Origin: Diplonema japonicum
Taxonomy: Eukaryota; Protista; Euglenozoa: Diplonemea
Assembly: GCA_964019335.1 (NCBI GenBank)
Contig: OZ025648.1
Span: 248,001-312,000, forward strand
Length of the DNA stretch: 64,000 nt
Reading direction: 5' to 3'
Shown here: positions 63,837 to 64,000 of the stretch, in pieces
Position numbering within the stretch: position 1 is the first letter of the stretch
Layout of the letters: every line of letters starts with the position of its first letter
The notes under the pieces: generated by a model
What the model saw: only the letters and a program-made list of their open reading frames with translations
What the model was told of the DNA's origin: nothing
The model's database searches: none
Made by a program: the position numbers and the translations under genes

Positions 63837-64000
63837 CCCTTAAACGCCCAACTGCTTCTGTAGAAGCAGTTAATAGGTGTGATTGTTCTGTGGTCATCTA
63901 GACCAAAGCCTCGGATCGGTTTTCATAAAAAAAAGTTGTCTCGATTTTAGTGGTGCCATGCAGTATGTGACACAGCGGCCACCCTTGTGAAACTTCGCCC
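63837..64000. mobile_element. Possible terminus of a second piggyBac-like element running off the right edge
   Basis: TTAA|CCCTT junction at an abrupt change from homopolymer-rich to mixed sequence, followed by palindrome AACTGCTTCT-GT-AGAAGCAGTT; other end not visible. Confidence 0.35.

Overview
Eukaryotic nuclear DNA, almost certainly a euglenozoan and most likely a diplonemid. About 35 protein-coding genes all lie on the minus strand with short spacers, as in a polycistronic, trans-spliced unit. They carry many tiny (about 32-65 nt) canonical GT-AG introns, mostly starting GTATG and often A-rich. A 34-nt copy of the euglenozoan spliced leader (SL) is present. Housekeeping genes include TYW3, OGFOD1/Tpa1, a PMCA Ca2+-ATPase, 3-hydroxybutyryl-CoA dehydrogenase, NAA20, PIG-F, a PPR protein, DDX11/Chl1, a cyclin, CacyBP, DNA ligase IV, three glycosyltransferases, a PDI-like protein and a PTS1-bearing glycerol-3-phosphate dehydrogenase. 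The most unusual items are: (1) an 891-bp antisense insertion in a PMCA intron that begins with the SL, carries a decayed zinc-finger/LINE-like ORF and is flanked by an 8-bp duplication; (2) an HDAC6-type ubiquitin-binding ZnF-UBP domain fused to an intact ADP-ribosylhydrolase; (3) an ArfGAP-TLDc fusion visible only after splicing; (4) a non-coding element with a roughly 110-nt hairpin whose mismatches favour one DNA strand; (5) a decayed piggyBac; and (6) a small stand-alone UDG-superfamily gene. Intron and exon coordinates were derived by hand, and family assignments rest on motif recognition without database searches.
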